Shown: piece after piece, positions 32,450-44,256 of the stretch
How positions within the stretch are numbered: the stretch's first letter is position 1
Layout: the number at the start of each line of letters is the position of its first letter
From: an uncultured delta proteobacterium
Lineage (GTDB): Bacteria; Desulfobacterota; BSN033; UBA1163
Direction of reading: 5' to 3'
Length of the DNA stretch: 64,000 bases
Assembly (NCBI GenBank): GCA_963708295.1
Contig: CAVPSJ010000008.1
Span: forward strand, 288,001-352,000
Program-made: the position numbers and the translations under genes
The notes under the pieces: generated by a model
What the model was told of the DNA's origin: nothing
What the model saw: the letters and a program-made list of their open reading frames with translations, nothing else
The model's database searches: none

Positions 32450-33627
32450 AGAAGAACTCAAGAATCTAGTCAATAAGATAGAGCTTCCTGCCTTTATATA
32501 TTCTAAGGAGATTATCAGAAGAAAATATGAAGAATTATTGGATTGCCTTCCCAAGGGTTTTGAAATCCACTATGCCTTTAAGGCGAATCCGAACCAGGAT
32601 GTTCTCGGATTCATTCGATCGCTTGGCGCGGGTGCTGATGTTGCATCCTTAGGGGAACTGCAGTTAGCAGTGGAGAAAGGGTATTCCATAGGGAAAATCG
32701 AATTCACTGGTCCTGGTAAAACCCTCGAGGAATTATCATCGGCGATTGATCTTGGGATATCTTCCATAAACGCTGAGAGTGTTTCAGAAATCAAGAAAAT
32801 TGTAGATATATCCAAGAGAAAAGGCAAGAACGCCAATGTGGGAATACGAATTAATCCAATAATGAACGTCAAAAGGTTCGGCTATGAAAATGGCAGGGGA
32901 TACTCAGTTTGGTATTATAGAAAATGAACTCGGGAATGCCTTTACTATCATTGAAAAAGAATCTAAGTATCTGAGATTCACAGGACTGCATATGCATTTG
33001 GGTTCTCAGTTCCTCGAGGCAGAGAAACTGATTTCGAATTTCAGATTCATTCTTGAAAAAATATATGAGATCACAAACCAGTACAAAATAGAGCTGAAAA
33101 AGATTAATTTCGGTGGAGGATGGGGGATTGACATATTTGGCAATAAACCGCCTCTCGATCTGCGGCTTGTCCATAGGAGCTTATCAGAACTATTTACAGA
33201 TTCAAAATATAGGACGGTTTTTGAAAACACTCACTTTATCGTGGAGCCCGGCCGTTTCTTGGTAGCGGAATGTGGCATTTATGCCGTGAAAGTACTTTAC
33301 AGAAAGAAAGGGTACAAAAAGGAATTTCTGGTTGTTAATGGAGGGATGCACCAAAACTATTTAGCAGCGGGTGGCATTGGTCAGGTGATTCGTAGAAACC
33401 TTGAAGCCGATGTCATGACAGATAATAATTATTGTGAAGGGGTCGCCAAATACACCGTTGTGGGGTCTCTATGCATTCCGGATGATGTGCTCGGTTCTGA
33501 GCTTGAGTTACATTCAGAGATAAAGGAAGGAGATACTCTTCTTTTTCATAATTGCGGGGCATACGGTTATTCTGCAAGCCCTTTAAAGTTTTTGAGTCAT
33601 GCTTTTCCAAGGGAAATCGCGATTTGA
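32415..33627 (+). CDS. Fold-type III PLP-dependent decarboxylase (LysA/BtrK/VinO-like), +1 frameshift at ~32873
   Basis: YAFKAN (PLP Lys), GPGK, HMHLGSQ, NFGGG, EPGR, GSLC, GAY, split over track ORFs 32415 and 32884. Confidence 0.88.
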
Positions 33628-33665
33628 TGGCTGTATGAAGCTCGAGTTGGTTAGGAGGGGTTCGT

Positions 33666-35204
33666 ATGGAAACAATCATTGATCTTCTTGAAAGGAGTTT
33701 TTCTCTCCATAAGGCGAGGGTGGGGATAAGAATTTACGATGACATGTGGACTTACGATGATCTGCAGAATCTGTCGAGTAAGGTATCAGGTTTTCTATTA
33801 AAAGCAGGGATCAAAAAGGGGGAAAGAGTCGTTGTCCTGATGAACAAGTCTATCTATTTGTACGCCGCGATTGTTGGAATTATGCGGGGCGGGGGAGTCT
33901 ATGTGCCATTGGATGGAAGGACTCCATCTGCGAGAATAGCCAGGATATTAGAAGACGTTGAGCCGTTCTATGTTTTTATTGATCATCATTCTTTTAAAAA
34001 CTATCAGGGAGCCCAACGCCTTGTGAAGAATCAGTTTAAAGTGCTTTATTTAGATGATTGTGAAAACGAGCTTTATGAAAGAACAAGTTTTAGAGAGAAG
34101 TTGATAAAAGATAAGGAGAAATGTCCATCGGTCTCCTCAGAAGATTTAGCGTTAATATTACATACCTCCGGGTCGACGGGGGTGCCCAAGGGCGTCATGA
34201 TATCACAGGGGAACTTATATAATATAGTAAATTACACTATAAAAGCCTTTGAATATGGACCCGAAGAAGTAGGAAGCGCATTGAACGCAAGTTCTTTTGA
34301 TATGTCAATGACGGACATGTTTTCAGTCTTATGCTCAGGTGGAACGTTAGGTGTATATCCTGAAGAGTTGATATTTCCGAAGGATATATTGGACCTTACT
34401 TATAAGTACGGAATTACCAAAATGTGTTTGGTACCCTCCTCCCTGAGCTCGTTAGTTAATAGTAACCTAATTCAACCGGATTTACTGAATAGGCTTAAGG
34501 ATGTCTTTTTAATTGGTGAGTTGATACCCGCCAATACGTTATTTACAATCATGGACATGTTACCTGGAACAAGGTTCCATAATTGGTATGGGCCGGCAGA
34601 AACAACCAATTATAATTCAAACCATACTTTTAGCAAGCGGTTAAACCGGCGGGCGAAAAATTTCCCCATTGGGTTTCCAATCGCAAGCAGTAAGTTCATT
34701 TTGGACAGAAAGGGTTTTGAAAATGAAAGGGGAAAAGGAGAGCTTCTCATTCTAGGGCCGCAGGTGGGATTGGGTTATTGGAATGATCCGGAAAAGACGA
34801 AAATTGTCTTCGGAGTCAATGAAAATGGAGAACGATATTACAGAACAGGAGATATTGCTTCCTTTGACCCGAGAGTTGGGTACTTTATCCATGGTCGAAG
34901 GGATCATCAAATAAAGTTCAAGGGATATAGAATTGAATTGAGTGAAATTGAACACATTGTGTCTCTGTTGCCTGTTGTTAAAGAGAACGTTGTTGCTCCC
35001 ATTTATGAAAATGGCAGGGTCGAGGAACTGAGGCTCATTTACTCCGGTGAAGGGGATTGCGGAAAGGAGATTAAGAAGCACCTCATTAAACATCTGCCGA
35101 ATTACATGATTCCAAAAACGATGATATCCGTTGAGGGCCTCCCCAAAAATCAGAATAATAAAATAGATAGGGTGTTAATCAAAAAACTGTATGGGGGGAA
35201 ATAG
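33666..35204 (+). CDS. Adenylation enzyme 2 (amino-acid adenylation, DltA/VinM-like)
   Basis: YVPLD, HTSGSTGVPKG, SFDMS, NWYGPAE, YRTGD, GYRIELSEIE. Confidence 0.9.
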   Translation: METIIDLLERSFSLHKARVGIRIYDDMWTYDDLQNLSSKVSGFLLKAGIKKGERVVVLMNKSIYLYAAIVGIMRGGGVYVPLDGRTPSARIARILEDVEPFYVFIDHHSFKNYQGAQRLVKNQFKVLYLDDCENELYERTSFREKLIKDKEKCPSVSSEDLALILHTSGSTGVPKGVMISQGNLYNIVNYTIKAFEYGPEEVGSALNASSFDMSMTDMFSVLCSGGTLGVYPEELIFPKDILDLTYKYGITKMCLVPSSLSSLVNSNLIQPDLLNRLKDVFLIGELIPANTLFTIMDMLPGTRFHNWYGPAETTNYNSNHTFSKRLNRRAKNFPIGFPIASSKFILDRKGFENERGKGELLILGPQVGLGYWNDPEKTKIVFGVNENGERYYRTGDIASFDPRVGYFIHGRRDHQIKFKGYRIELSEIEHIVSLLPVVKENVVAPIYENGRVEELRLIYSGEGDCGKEIKKHLIKHLPNYMIPKTMISVEGLPKNQNNKIDRVLIKKLYGGK

Positions 35205-35401
35205 TCTCTTTGTGCAGAAATGCATTTCTGTGAGGAAACAGCAACAGAGATTCTTCCAAGTTAACTGAAATCCCATTGTGATAGGGTGGTTCGTTTGATG
35301 CCGACCTCAAGAAAAATGGCAATGTCACCCATTTCAAAAAATCGTCAAGTAGATTACTTTGAAAGAATTCAATCTGGTATCACATAGGCTGAGGTATCTA
35401 T

Positions 35402-36034
35402 ATGCGGATCATTATTAGGTTACTGAGATATGTCTCAATAAAGCTGAAAGAAATAAATGAAGAGTATAAATACAACCCTTCTACAATTGCCGAAAAGTTT
35501 CGAAAACAAGGAGCTAAAATTGGAGAGAATTGTTCAATTCAGATTAACCGCTTAGGATCTGAGCCCTATCTTGTAGAAATTGGAAATAGCGTAGCGATAG
35601 CTATCGGCGTTAGATTTCTTACACATGATGGTGCAAGCTTCATCTTTAGGGATGAATTTCCTGCCCTTCGATATTTTGGGAAGATAGTCATTGAGGACAA
35701 TTGTTTCATCGGGGCGCGTTCGATTATCTTACCGGGCGTAAGGATTGGTAAGGGTTCTATAGTTGGGATGTCGTCAGTCGTTATCCGAGATGTTAAGCCG
35801 GGAAGTATCGTTTTTGGCAATCCTGCTATCCAGGTTTCCACAGTAGAGAAATACAGAGAACGATGTTTACAAGAATGGAAAAACCAAGGTTTAGATAAAT
35901 TTAACCACCTTTTCGAAGGGAAAAATAAGTCCGAAGTGCAGGAGGTTATGGAATCGAAAGAATTCAGAGAGAAGTTAAAGGAACATTTGTTGTCAGTTGA
36001 ACTTAAGAATGACGAGAGAAAGAAATATGCATGA
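35402..36034 (+). CDS. Hexapeptide-repeat (LbH) acyltransferase
   Basis: GSEPYLVEIG, THDG, IEDNCFIG..ILPGVRIG..GNPA. Confidence 0.9.
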   Translation: MRIIIRLLRYVSIKLKEINEEYKYNPSTIAEKFRKQGAKIGENCSIQINRLGSEPYLVEIGNSVAIAIGVRFLTHDGASFIFRDEFPALRYFGKIVIEDNCFIGARSIILPGVRIGKGSIVGMSSVVIRDVKPGSIVFGNPAIQVSTVEKYRERCLQEWKNQGLDKFNHLFEGKNKSEVQEVMESKEFREKLKEHLLSVELKNDERKKYA

Positions 36035-36085
36035 TCCCTGTGAGATAAATTTACGAACCTTTGATTCCGTTGAAAACTATTGAAT

Positions 36086-37267
36086 ATGCAGTTCCGCGAA
36101 AAGATAAACATATTAATAATCACTGATGTCTTCAAGAAAATAGCCGGATCAGAACGGAATATTATGCAGCTTTTACACGGAATGGATCAAACAAGATTTC
36201 ATGTTTATGTTGCATGCTTTTATTCTGGCGAAGTTGCTCAAGCTATGAGGGCGGAAGGATTCCAAGTCTATGGTCTAAGACGGGGCGGGATATATTCTAT
36301 TAAAGGAATGAAAAATATCATCTTCCTGTATAAATTGATTCGGGGGGAAAAAATAGATCTTATTTTAACCTATCACGAAGGATCCGATTTCCTAGGTTTG
36401 GTCCTCTCAACTCTGTGTGCCGTTCCCATCATCTCCAACAGGAGAGATATGGGATTTAAGACGAGACTTCCTCATCGAGTGGCCTATAGATTCCTCGGTA
36501 GATATTTTGATGGCGTCATCACCGTGTCAAATGCGGTTAAGAACGAGCTCATCAATAAAGGCTGGTTCAAGGCAGGAAAGGTGTGGTCAATTCATAATGG
36601 AATCAATGTTGAAGGATATGCCGATGATGTGGACAGGGAATCGATAAAACAGTCCATTGGCATCGCACCTGGCAAGAATGTCGTCGGCGTAATCGGTAAT
36701 ATAAAGAGGATTAAGGGAATAAGATATTTTCTTCATGCGGCGTCATTAATCTGCGCAAAAAAACCTGATGTAGAATTTGTCCTGATTGGGTATGACTTAA
36801 AGGAAGCAGGAAATTCGCTGGCGGATATGAAGTTGCTTGCGAAACAGATGAAAATTTCCGATAAAATTCATTTTCTTGGAGAAAGGAACGACATCGCAGA
36901 TCTCATATCCGTTTTTGATGTTGGTGTTATTTCGTCATTAAGCGAAGGATTCTCAAATGTGCTCTTGGAATACATGGCTTCTGCAAAGCCGGTGGTGGCA
37001 ACGGATGTTGGTGGAAATAGAGAAGCGGTCGTCCATGGAGAAACGGGTCTGTTAGTGCCCTCTGAAAACGCTCAAAAATTGGCAGATGGGATAGAAGTGC
37101 TCTTAGAAAATAGAGAGATTGCCTTGAGGTATGGATTGGCTGGGCGGGGGCGAGTGGAGAAAGATTTCAGCCTCAAGGGGATGATCGGAAAATATGAAAG
37201 GATTTGTGAGCACATGACAATTAAGAACGGACCCCACTCCCGGTCTCGCGTCGGTTTAGAAGATTGA
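36086..37267 (+). CDS. Glycosyltransferase family 4
   Basis: AGSER, KRIKG, SEGFSNVLLEYMA, TDVGG. Confidence 0.93.
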   Translation: MQFREKINILIITDVFKKIAGSERNIMQLLHGMDQTRFHVYVACFYSGEVAQAMRAEGFQVYGLRRGGIYSIKGMKNIIFLYKLIRGEKIDLILTYHEGSDFLGLVLSTLCAVPIISNRRDMGFKTRLPHRVAYRFLGRYFDGVITVSNAVKNELINKGWFKAGKVWSIHNGINVEGYADDVDRESIKQSIGIAPGKNVVGVIGNIKRIKGIRYFLHAASLICAKKPDVEFVLIGYDLKEAGNSLADMKLLAKQMKISDKIHFLGERNDIADLISVFDVGVISSLSEGFSNVLLEYMASAKPVVATDVGGNREAVVHGETGLLVPSENAQKLADGIEVLLENREIALRYGLAGRGRVEKDFSLKGMIGKYERICEHMTIKNGPHSRSRVGLED

Positions 37268-38331
37268 TCGAACCTTTGGAGATGGCTTGGCCTGCTATGG
37301 CAAAAAGAATTAAATATCTTATTCGAATGCTTTTTGGGGGATTATTTTTTTATTCCGGAACATTTCACATGATTCGCCTTTTCTACAGCCTTTGGGGCAG
37401 GCGCATTACGATCGTCACATACCATCGCATCACGGATCGAAAGATGAATGAGATAGAGGCTTCCTTGCCGTTTCTATTTACCTCCCAACAGGTGTTTGAA
37501 AAACAGCTACTATTTTTTAAAGAATGTTACAAGGTTATTCCTCTCAAAGAGCTAGTGGAACGTGGAAGAAATGGCAAAGCTCCTTGGAATTCATTGATCA
37601 TTACATTTGACGATGGATATGAGGATAACTTCCGGAATGCTTATAAGAGCTTAAGTAAAATGCACTTACCGGCAACCTTCTTCATAACGGCAGATAGAAT
37701 TGGCAAGGACAATGTCAAACCCTATTGGTGGGACAGATTGTACTACTACTTAAGAGAGATTCAAAAGCGGGAGGATAGGGAATTCGGTGACGGAGTGAAA
37801 GGAGAATTATCTCCTATTTATGAAGAGTTTAAGAATAATGCATCCCATTTGTTTGCGAGGATGAATAGGCAGGGAACGGATGAAATTGAGAGGCTACTGG
37901 ATAGAATTCAGGAGAACTATCAAATAGACAACGAAAAAGTATACCGGGAAAATAGAATGTTGAATTGGCAGCAGATTTCTGAAATGAGTCAAAATCATGA
38001 TTTTGGCTCGCATACCTGCAGCCATCGAAACCTGCTTCGATTGAGCGATGATCAGAAGTACCACGAGATAGTTGAATCTAAAATGATCATTGAAAAGTTC
38101 CTGGGGAGGGAAGTGAGTGCTTTTTCTTGCCCGGCAGGTCACATGGATGAGGGAATTGAAAGGTTTGTAAAAAAAGGTGGATATGAATTTGCCATGACGA
38201 CAAAACCGGGGATCAATAGGATGAATCATAGATATCGTTTGAAAAGAATCAACATTTGGGAAGGCACCAGTTTATCCTTAAATGGGACCTTTTCGAAGGG
38301 TTATTTGTCTTTGATAATGCTAGGTTTTTAG
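37264..38331 (+). CDS. Polysaccharide deacetylase (CE4/NodB)
   Basis: TYHRI, ITFDDGY, GSHTCSH. Start uncertain. Confidence 0.9.
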   Translation: MIEPLEMAWPAMAKRIKYLIRMLFGGLFFYSGTFHMIRLFYSLWGRRITIVTYHRITDRKMNEIEASLPFLFTSQQVFEKQLLFFKECYKVIPLKELVERGRNGKAPWNSLIITFDDGYEDNFRNAYKSLSKMHLPATFFITADRIGKDNVKPYWWDRLYYYLREIQKREDREFGDGVKGELSPIYEEFKNNASHLFARMNRQGTDEIERLLDRIQENYQIDNEKVYRENRMLNWQQISEMSQNHDFGSHTCSHRNLLRLSDDQKYHEIVESKMIIEKFLGREVSAFSCPAGHMDEGIERFVKKGGYEFAMTTKPGINRMNHRYRLKRINIWEGTSLSLNGTFSKGYLSLIMLGF

Positions 38332-38733
38332 ACCTTGGAGATGAATCACGGAATAAGGGATGATGAGTTTAGAGAACATGACGGAGGGTGCCTTCATTCA
38401 AATTCGAGCCCGTTCCTACGTAAGGTAATAGCGCGCGACGGGCAAACGCAGAAAGAAATGATCATAGTAATCCTGTGGGTCGCGCTTCTATTGGGCATTG
38501 AGCAAGTGGCAGGAAAGATAAACGCTCCGTGCAAATAGCCAAAGAACAAGAGATAATCCGAACCCTTCCAGAATACCAGGCCCGGTTTGCCTGTGTCTCG
38601 AACGACCACCCTTTCCACCCAGCCTAGCTGCAACAGGTCATCGTGGCGTTTTCCATCCTATTCGGATGGATATGAAACCAAGAGATGTCAGTTGCGACGC
38701 CCGGAAAATGATGAAGGGAATAGGAGGAGAAAG

Positions 38734-39795
38734 ATGAGTGAGCTGACAACGAATGCCCCCCAATCAAAGAAGAGCCAGAAGATTACCCCTGATCCGAGAA
38801 GAAGCTCGAATCAAAAGATGGCAATCATGGATGTAACGTTCAGAGAGAGTGTCCTTTGCCGGAAGCAAATTGACTTGGAGGCTGTGCTTAGCACGATAAG
38901 GAAGCTCTCGGAGACGGGCATCACGTACATTGAAATTGGATACCTTAAGTTCGGCTCAGGATCCAATTCTCTTTTGAACTATTCGCCGGATTACATCAAG
39001 AAGTGCTACGAAATCTGTAAGGGGAAGGTAAAGATAGGAGCGATGATTCACCCGGACGATTTCTCTCCTGAAAGATACACTGAGGATGTAGTTAGGCAGC
39101 TATCATTAATTAGGGTCACAAGCACCCCCGGGAACATGCACAAGATCAAGGATATTTGCAGTTATTTTAAACCCCTCGGGGTAAGAGTCAGTATGAACTT
39201 GCTCCGGGCATCAAAGTTTTCCGACGAGCAATCGCTCGATTATTGTGCAAGGGCGCAGGAATTTGGCGCTGATTTCTTTTACATCGCTGACTCGAATGGT
39301 CATTTTTTGCCCCATCAAGTGAGGAGTCGCATCGTCGCGCTAAAAGAGCATTTTCCGGAAATGACAATAGGATTTCACCCGCATGATAACTTAGGATTGG
39401 CGGCAGTGAATGCGATAGAAGCAGTGCAAGGTGGAGCGGATATTGTTGACAGTTCCCTCCTGGGGTATGGGAAAGGGGCTGGAAATCTTCGAACAGAGCT
39501 ATTCCCCTTGGTCTTAGGGAGACTGACGGGAGAGTACAAGATAGAAGAAATTTATACGCTATTCAAAGTCGCACGACACTTTTACCATAATGTCGTATCG
39601 CCTAATACCTTTGAGGAGGAGTACAAATTTTCATTGTATGGCCTTTTCGATATCGATCTCGATGTAGACAAGAAGATATGTGAAGTGAGCGATGTGAAAG
39701 GGCTCGAAGACCATGAACTTGCCTTTGACTTGATCAGGCAATCGAATGGAAACATCGGCAACCTGGACAGCCTGCTTAAGAAATTAACATCGTAG
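38734..39795 (+). CDS. HMGL-like DRE-TIM metallolyase (4-hydroxy-2-oxovalerate aldolase-like)
   Basis: DVTFRES, IEIGY, YIADSNG, GFHPHDNLGLA, GKGAGN. RBS GGAGG precedes 38734. Confidence 0.8.
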   Translation: MSELTTNAPQSKKSQKITPDPRRSSNQKMAIMDVTFRESVLCRKQIDLEAVLSTIRKLSETGITYIEIGYLKFGSGSNSLLNYSPDYIKKCYEICKGKVKIGAMIHPDDFSPERYTEDVVRQLSLIRVTSTPGNMHKIKDICSYFKPLGVRVSMNLLRASKFSDEQSLDYCARAQEFGADFFYIADSNGHFLPHQVRSRIVALKEHFPEMTIGFHPHDNLGLAAVNAIEAVQGGADIVDSSLLGYGKGAGNLRTELFPLVLGRLTGEYKIEEIYTLFKVARHFYHNVVSPNTFEEEYKFSLYGLFDIDLDVDKKICEVSDVKGLEDHELAFDLIRQSNGNIGNLDSLLKKLTS

Positions 39796-39871
39796 ACCGC
39801 CAGGATCATTACCCAGCAATCGAGCGACGTCATGTCGTAATCTTGGGGGGCCTAAGAACTTAAAGGGAGGT

Positions 39872-40591
39872 ATGAAGATGGAGAAACGACCAAGTTTTGC
39901 AAAGATGCATCCTGGCCCTGGGTTTAGGATCAAGGAGAGCTTTGAGAGGATAGACCCCGAACGGATAGCGAAACTTCTTGACTATTCAACACCCGATATT
40001 TCCGATCAATTAAATCGACTCTATGCTGTTAATCCAGAAATTAGATGTTTAAGCGGGAAACACCATAAGCTGTGCGGTCAGAGTTGTACGGTTAAAGTGT
40101 TCCCGGCGGATAACCTGATGGTTCATAAGGCTTTAGACATCGCTAAACCGGGAGATGTAATCGTGGTTGATGCTGGAGCGTCACCCATGAACGCTGTGAT
40201 CGGGGATGTCATCTGTATGAAAGCTAAGCACAGAGGGATTGCTGGATTTGTTATAGACGGGTTTATCAGGGACTTACCCGCAGTCTCGGACCTTGATTTT
40301 CCTGTTTTCGCAAGGGGCACCACTGCGATTGGGCCGCTCCATAATGGACCCGGCGAAGTGAACTATCCCGTATGCTGCGGGGGTGTCGTTGTCAACCCCG
40401 GGGATATTGTTGTTGCCGATGGAGGTGGCGTTATCATTATCCCGAGTGACATTCTCCTGGCATTGTCGGAGAGGTTAGAGACGGATAAGAAAAGAAAACG
40501 GGATTACTTGGATTCGGTGCAAAGAGGAGAGTTTTCGAATGAATGGGTAGAAGATATTTTACGAAACGGAAAGTGTGAAATTGTGAAATAA
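39872..40591 (+). CDS. RraA-like / 4-hydroxy-4-methyl-2-oxoglutarate aldolase family
   Basis: DNLMVHKAL, PGDVIVVD, DGFIRD, VNPGDIVVAD. Confidence 0.88.
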   Translation: MKMEKRPSFAKMHPGPGFRIKESFERIDPERIAKLLDYSTPDISDQLNRLYAVNPEIRCLSGKHHKLCGQSCTVKVFPADNLMVHKALDIAKPGDVIVVDAGASPMNAVIGDVICMKAKHRGIAGFVIDGFIRDLPAVSDLDFPVFARGTTAIGPLHNGPGEVNYPVCCGGVVVNPGDIVVADGGGVIIIPSDILLALSERLETDKKRKRDYLDSVQRGEFSNEWVEDILRNGKCEIVK

Positions 40592-41858
40592 ATGGCTGCG
40601 GGCGATTTCAAAAACAAAAATATTAATTTACCTCCTGTCATCATATTGGGGGGTAGTACAAATGCGATATCTATAGCGAGGAGTCTAGGAAGACAGGGGA
40701 TAAAGGTCTATGCATTGAATTCTCACGAATCATACATACGATTATCAAGATTCAGCGAGTGGATAAAGACGGATTCGGATAATGGAACTGACGAAGCGTG
40801 GGCACGGTTTCTTCTGAGTTCAGAATCCGATCATCTTAAAGACGCAGTCTTACTCACGGGTTCTGATTTGGGAATTGAGTTTATAGCAAAAAACAGGGAG
40901 AAATTATTGAAGAAGTTTATTCTTGATATATCGAAAAAAGAGGTTCAACTATGTTTACTCAATAAACTGTGTACGTATGAAAAAGCTTTGGAGGCCGGGG
41001 TACCCATCCCGAAATTCTGGAGAGTGGAAAAGCTGGAACAGATCTTAATGCATGAAAAGGAATATATGTATCCATTGATCTTAAAGCCCATTTACTCACA
41101 TAAATTTGTAGAGGTGTTTAACAGCAAGTTCTTTGTGGTTAATAGTTTTGACGAGCTTTTGAATGCCTATTCGAAAATCGATCGATTCGGTATTGAAGTC
41201 ATGCTTGTGGAAAAAATCCTCGGGCCTGATGATAGATATTGCAGTTATTATACGTATTTAGACGAAAACGGCGAAGCGCTTTTCGATTTTACGAAGAGGA
41301 TTATCCGGAGATACCCCTGTAATCAAGGCGGTGCCTGTTATCACATCACCGACTGGAATCCCGAGGTACGAGATTTGGGTTTAAAATATTTCACTCACGT
41401 GGGGCTGATCGGGCTTGCAAATATTGAGTTCAAAAGAGATGATAGGGATGGAAAATTGAAACTCATTGAATGCAATGCAAGATTCACGGCAGCAAACTGC
41501 CTTGTCGCAGAAAGCGGATTTGACCTTGCCCTGTTTGTCTATAATCGCCTCGTCGGACGGATTCAGCCAACGTTAAAAGGGAAGACGTTATAAGGAAGGG
41601 TTAAGACTTTGGTATCCTGTAGAGGATTTCTTGTCATTCAAAGAACTCAGAGGAAGAGGCGAGCTTAGTTTCATGGGATGGATAAAGAGCATCATGCATC
41701 CTCAGGTATTGCCGTATTTCCGGTGGTATGACCCCATACCCACGATTGTTTTTGGATCGAAAAGAATATTCCGGTTCATTAAGAAAGGAATACCTCGTTT
41801 CCAATTTATTCAGAAAAATCATCGGAGAAATAGATTTGAAGGTGAGGCAAGGAAGTAA
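40592..41858 (+). CDS. ATP-grasp carboxylate-amine ligase (D-aspartate-ligase-like), +1 frameshift at ~41587
   Basis: IARSLGRQG, YPLILKP, EFKRDDRDGKLKLIECNAR. The C-terminus continues in ORF 41631..41858 (WYDPIP). Confidence 0.82.
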
Positions 41859-42064
41859 AAGGGTCAAGTCTTGTTTTATCTTCATGAACTGTTCCGGTGG
41901 CGATCTCATGGCAAAGCGGAAGATCAAGCGTGTGCTTTTCCGAGGGGCTGCGGGAGCGCCCCGGGATCGAAGCTAAATGCCCGGCAGCCGTAGCCCGGGC
42001 CGAGTTTTCAGAGGCCTAGATGGAAACACTGATGACCGAGGGCGACCATGGGAGGAGGGCTTAG

Positions 42065-43182
42065 ATGAGATTTTTGTTTCGCTCACGACCGGTGCTGACT
42101 GGGCTTCGCGTCCTGTCGTACGGCCAGAGGCTGAGGCGGGTACTGTTGCGACGAGGCGACGGATTCGACGCCGAGAGCAGCCGCGGCTTCCACCGTGAAG
42201 TTTGGCGGACTGCTGCGGCCCGGCTTGGTGGCGGAGATTCGTGAGCTGCCCGGGGACTTCTTGGAGGTGCGTTACGGGCAGCGGTTCACCCGTATTAAGA
42301 AGTGGTGGGTCATGCTCGACGACCCGGTGACACTGAGCTTGGCTGGGAACAAGGCTGCCGTTCATGCGCTGTTGATGGAGGAAGGACTACCAGTGCCAGC
42401 CCACCTAACCTATACGCTCGACCAGATCGGGAGGGCGTGGGACTTTCTGCGCGGCCAGGGCACGCCTTGCGTGGTAAAGCCTGCGTCCGACACGGGCGGG
42501 GGACACGGCGTCACGACCGGAGTTGAGACACGCTGGCAGTTAGCCCAGGCCTCAGCCGTCGCTGCGACCTTGGGGCATGAGCTGTTGATAGAGCGCCAGA
42601 TCGAGGGGGACAACTACCGTCTGTTGTATCTGGACGGCGTGCTGATCGACGCCTTACGCCGGGGCGGACCCACTGTGATCGGCGATGGCCGTTCCAGCAT
42701 CGGCGAACTGATCCGCCGCGAGAACCTGGAGCGGGCCCGGGGCAGGCGCGCTGTGCTCGGTCCGATCACGATTGACCTTGACTGCCGGTCCACTCTGCGA
42801 CGGGCTGGCCTCTCGTTGCGGTCCGTTCCTGCTGCTGACCAGACGGTGAGAGTGAAGATGGCGATCAATGAGGGCTCCGAGCGCGATAATCAAACAGTCC
42901 TCGGGCAGATCGGCGCATCACTGGCCCAGCAGGGAGCACGAGCTGCTGCAATCGTTGGAGCGCAGGCTGGCTGGCGTGGACGTGATAACGAAAGACCCAA
43001 CTTTGCCTCTCGAGGCCTCGGGGGCGATCATCGAGGTCAATACAACGCCCGGGATAAGATTCCACTACATGGTCTGGAATCAAGAACAGCGGGTGGAGGT
43101 GGCGGTCCCGATCATGCGCTACCTGCTGGGCTTGGGCACGTTCGAAGAGCCTCAGGGGGACTTGAATATGGAGGTACGGTGA
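42065..43182 (+). CDS. Cyanophycin-synthetase-like ATP-grasp protein (ATP-grasp part only), two +1 frameshifts at ~42230 and ~42963
   Basis: RBS GGAGGAGG and ATG 42065. Motifs VVKP..GGHGVT, IERQIEGDNYRLL, GDGRSSIGELI, LAGVDVIT, IEVNTTPG. Confidence 0.78.
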
Positions 43183-44256
43183 GCACGGAGCTAGACGAGA
43201 CGACGCCCCTTCGTTACTCCGGATGCGCATACCCGCTTCGTCTTAGACGTGATGCGAGCAACGGGTGCGAGCAGTGAAGACAGCGAGGTGGTGGCGGAAG
43301 GCCTTTTGTGGGCGGATCTGCGGGGGCGCCACACCCAGGGCTTGACTCGGCTGCCAAACTTTGTCGAGCGTCTCTCGAAGGGATTGATTCGCTCACCCGC
43401 AGCCATGGTCTGGCAGGAGGTCGGGCCAGCCGCCGCTCTGCTCGACGCCGGACACGGACTCGGCCACGTGGCCAGTCGGCTGGCCATTCTGAGGGCTGTC
43501 GAGCTGGCGCGTGCCCAGGGTGTGGGGCTGGTCGCGGTTCGCCACAGCAACCACTTCGGGGCGGCGGGCTACTACTGCGCGATGGCAGCTGCGGCGGGCT
43601 GCCTGAGCTTCAACTACACGAATGCATTCCCAAAGGTAGCACCCCACGGCGGCAGAAAGCCAGTGCTGGGCACTAATCCAATCGCCTTCGGCTGCCCGAC
43701 ACGCGGCGCCGGCCCGCTACTTGTAGACCTGTCCACCGGCGCACTCTCCGGAGGGGAAGCGCGCTCGACGGGCGACAAAGGAGGACGACTGCCTCCAGGC
43801 GTAGCTCTCGATGCGGAGGGACGTCCTACCCAGGATCCGGCTGCGCTCAAGATGGGTTGCCTGCTACCGGTTGGCGGTGCGCGCGGTTTCGCGCTTGGTC
43901 TGATGGTCGAAGTCTTGAGCGGTATACTGACCGGATCAGCAGTTGGCAAGGAGGTCGGATCGCTGTTCTCCACGTGGGATCGACCTGTTGACGTTGGCCA
44001 CCTCTTCATCGCGGTTGACATCGAGCGCTTCCTCCCGCTATCGGAATTCCTGGATCGACTCGACAGACTCCTGGCCTGGATCGCCGCCACACCGCCGATG
44101 GAAGGGTTTGAGGCGGTTCGCATCCCCGGCGAGATCAGAGCGCAGCTTGCCGAGAAGTATGCCCGGGAAGGCATCCCTGTTGCACAGGAATCAGTGGCGC
44201 CGCTCATGCAGCTTGCGCAGCGTTTTAATCTCCCTTTGCCCTGGAACCATGAATGA
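43179..44256 (+). CDS. Ldh_2 family oxidoreductase (ComC/AllD/DpkA-like), +1 frameshift at ~43210
   Basis: ADLRGRHTQG, SNHFGAAG, GTNPIAF, RIPGE. The GTG start overlaps the previous TGA. Confidence 0.88.

Noticed and set aside
32860-32890. Programmed ribosomal frameshift in the decarboxylase
   Set aside because: It is one of many similar +1 breaks across unrelated genes with no shared slippery motif. Assembly error is more parsimonious.
38335-38730. Short ORFs / possible riboswitch in the 400-bp gap
   Set aside because: GGCAAAC-like words are present, but the rest of the c-di-GMP-I (GEMM) consensus is missing. The ORFs are not recognisable.
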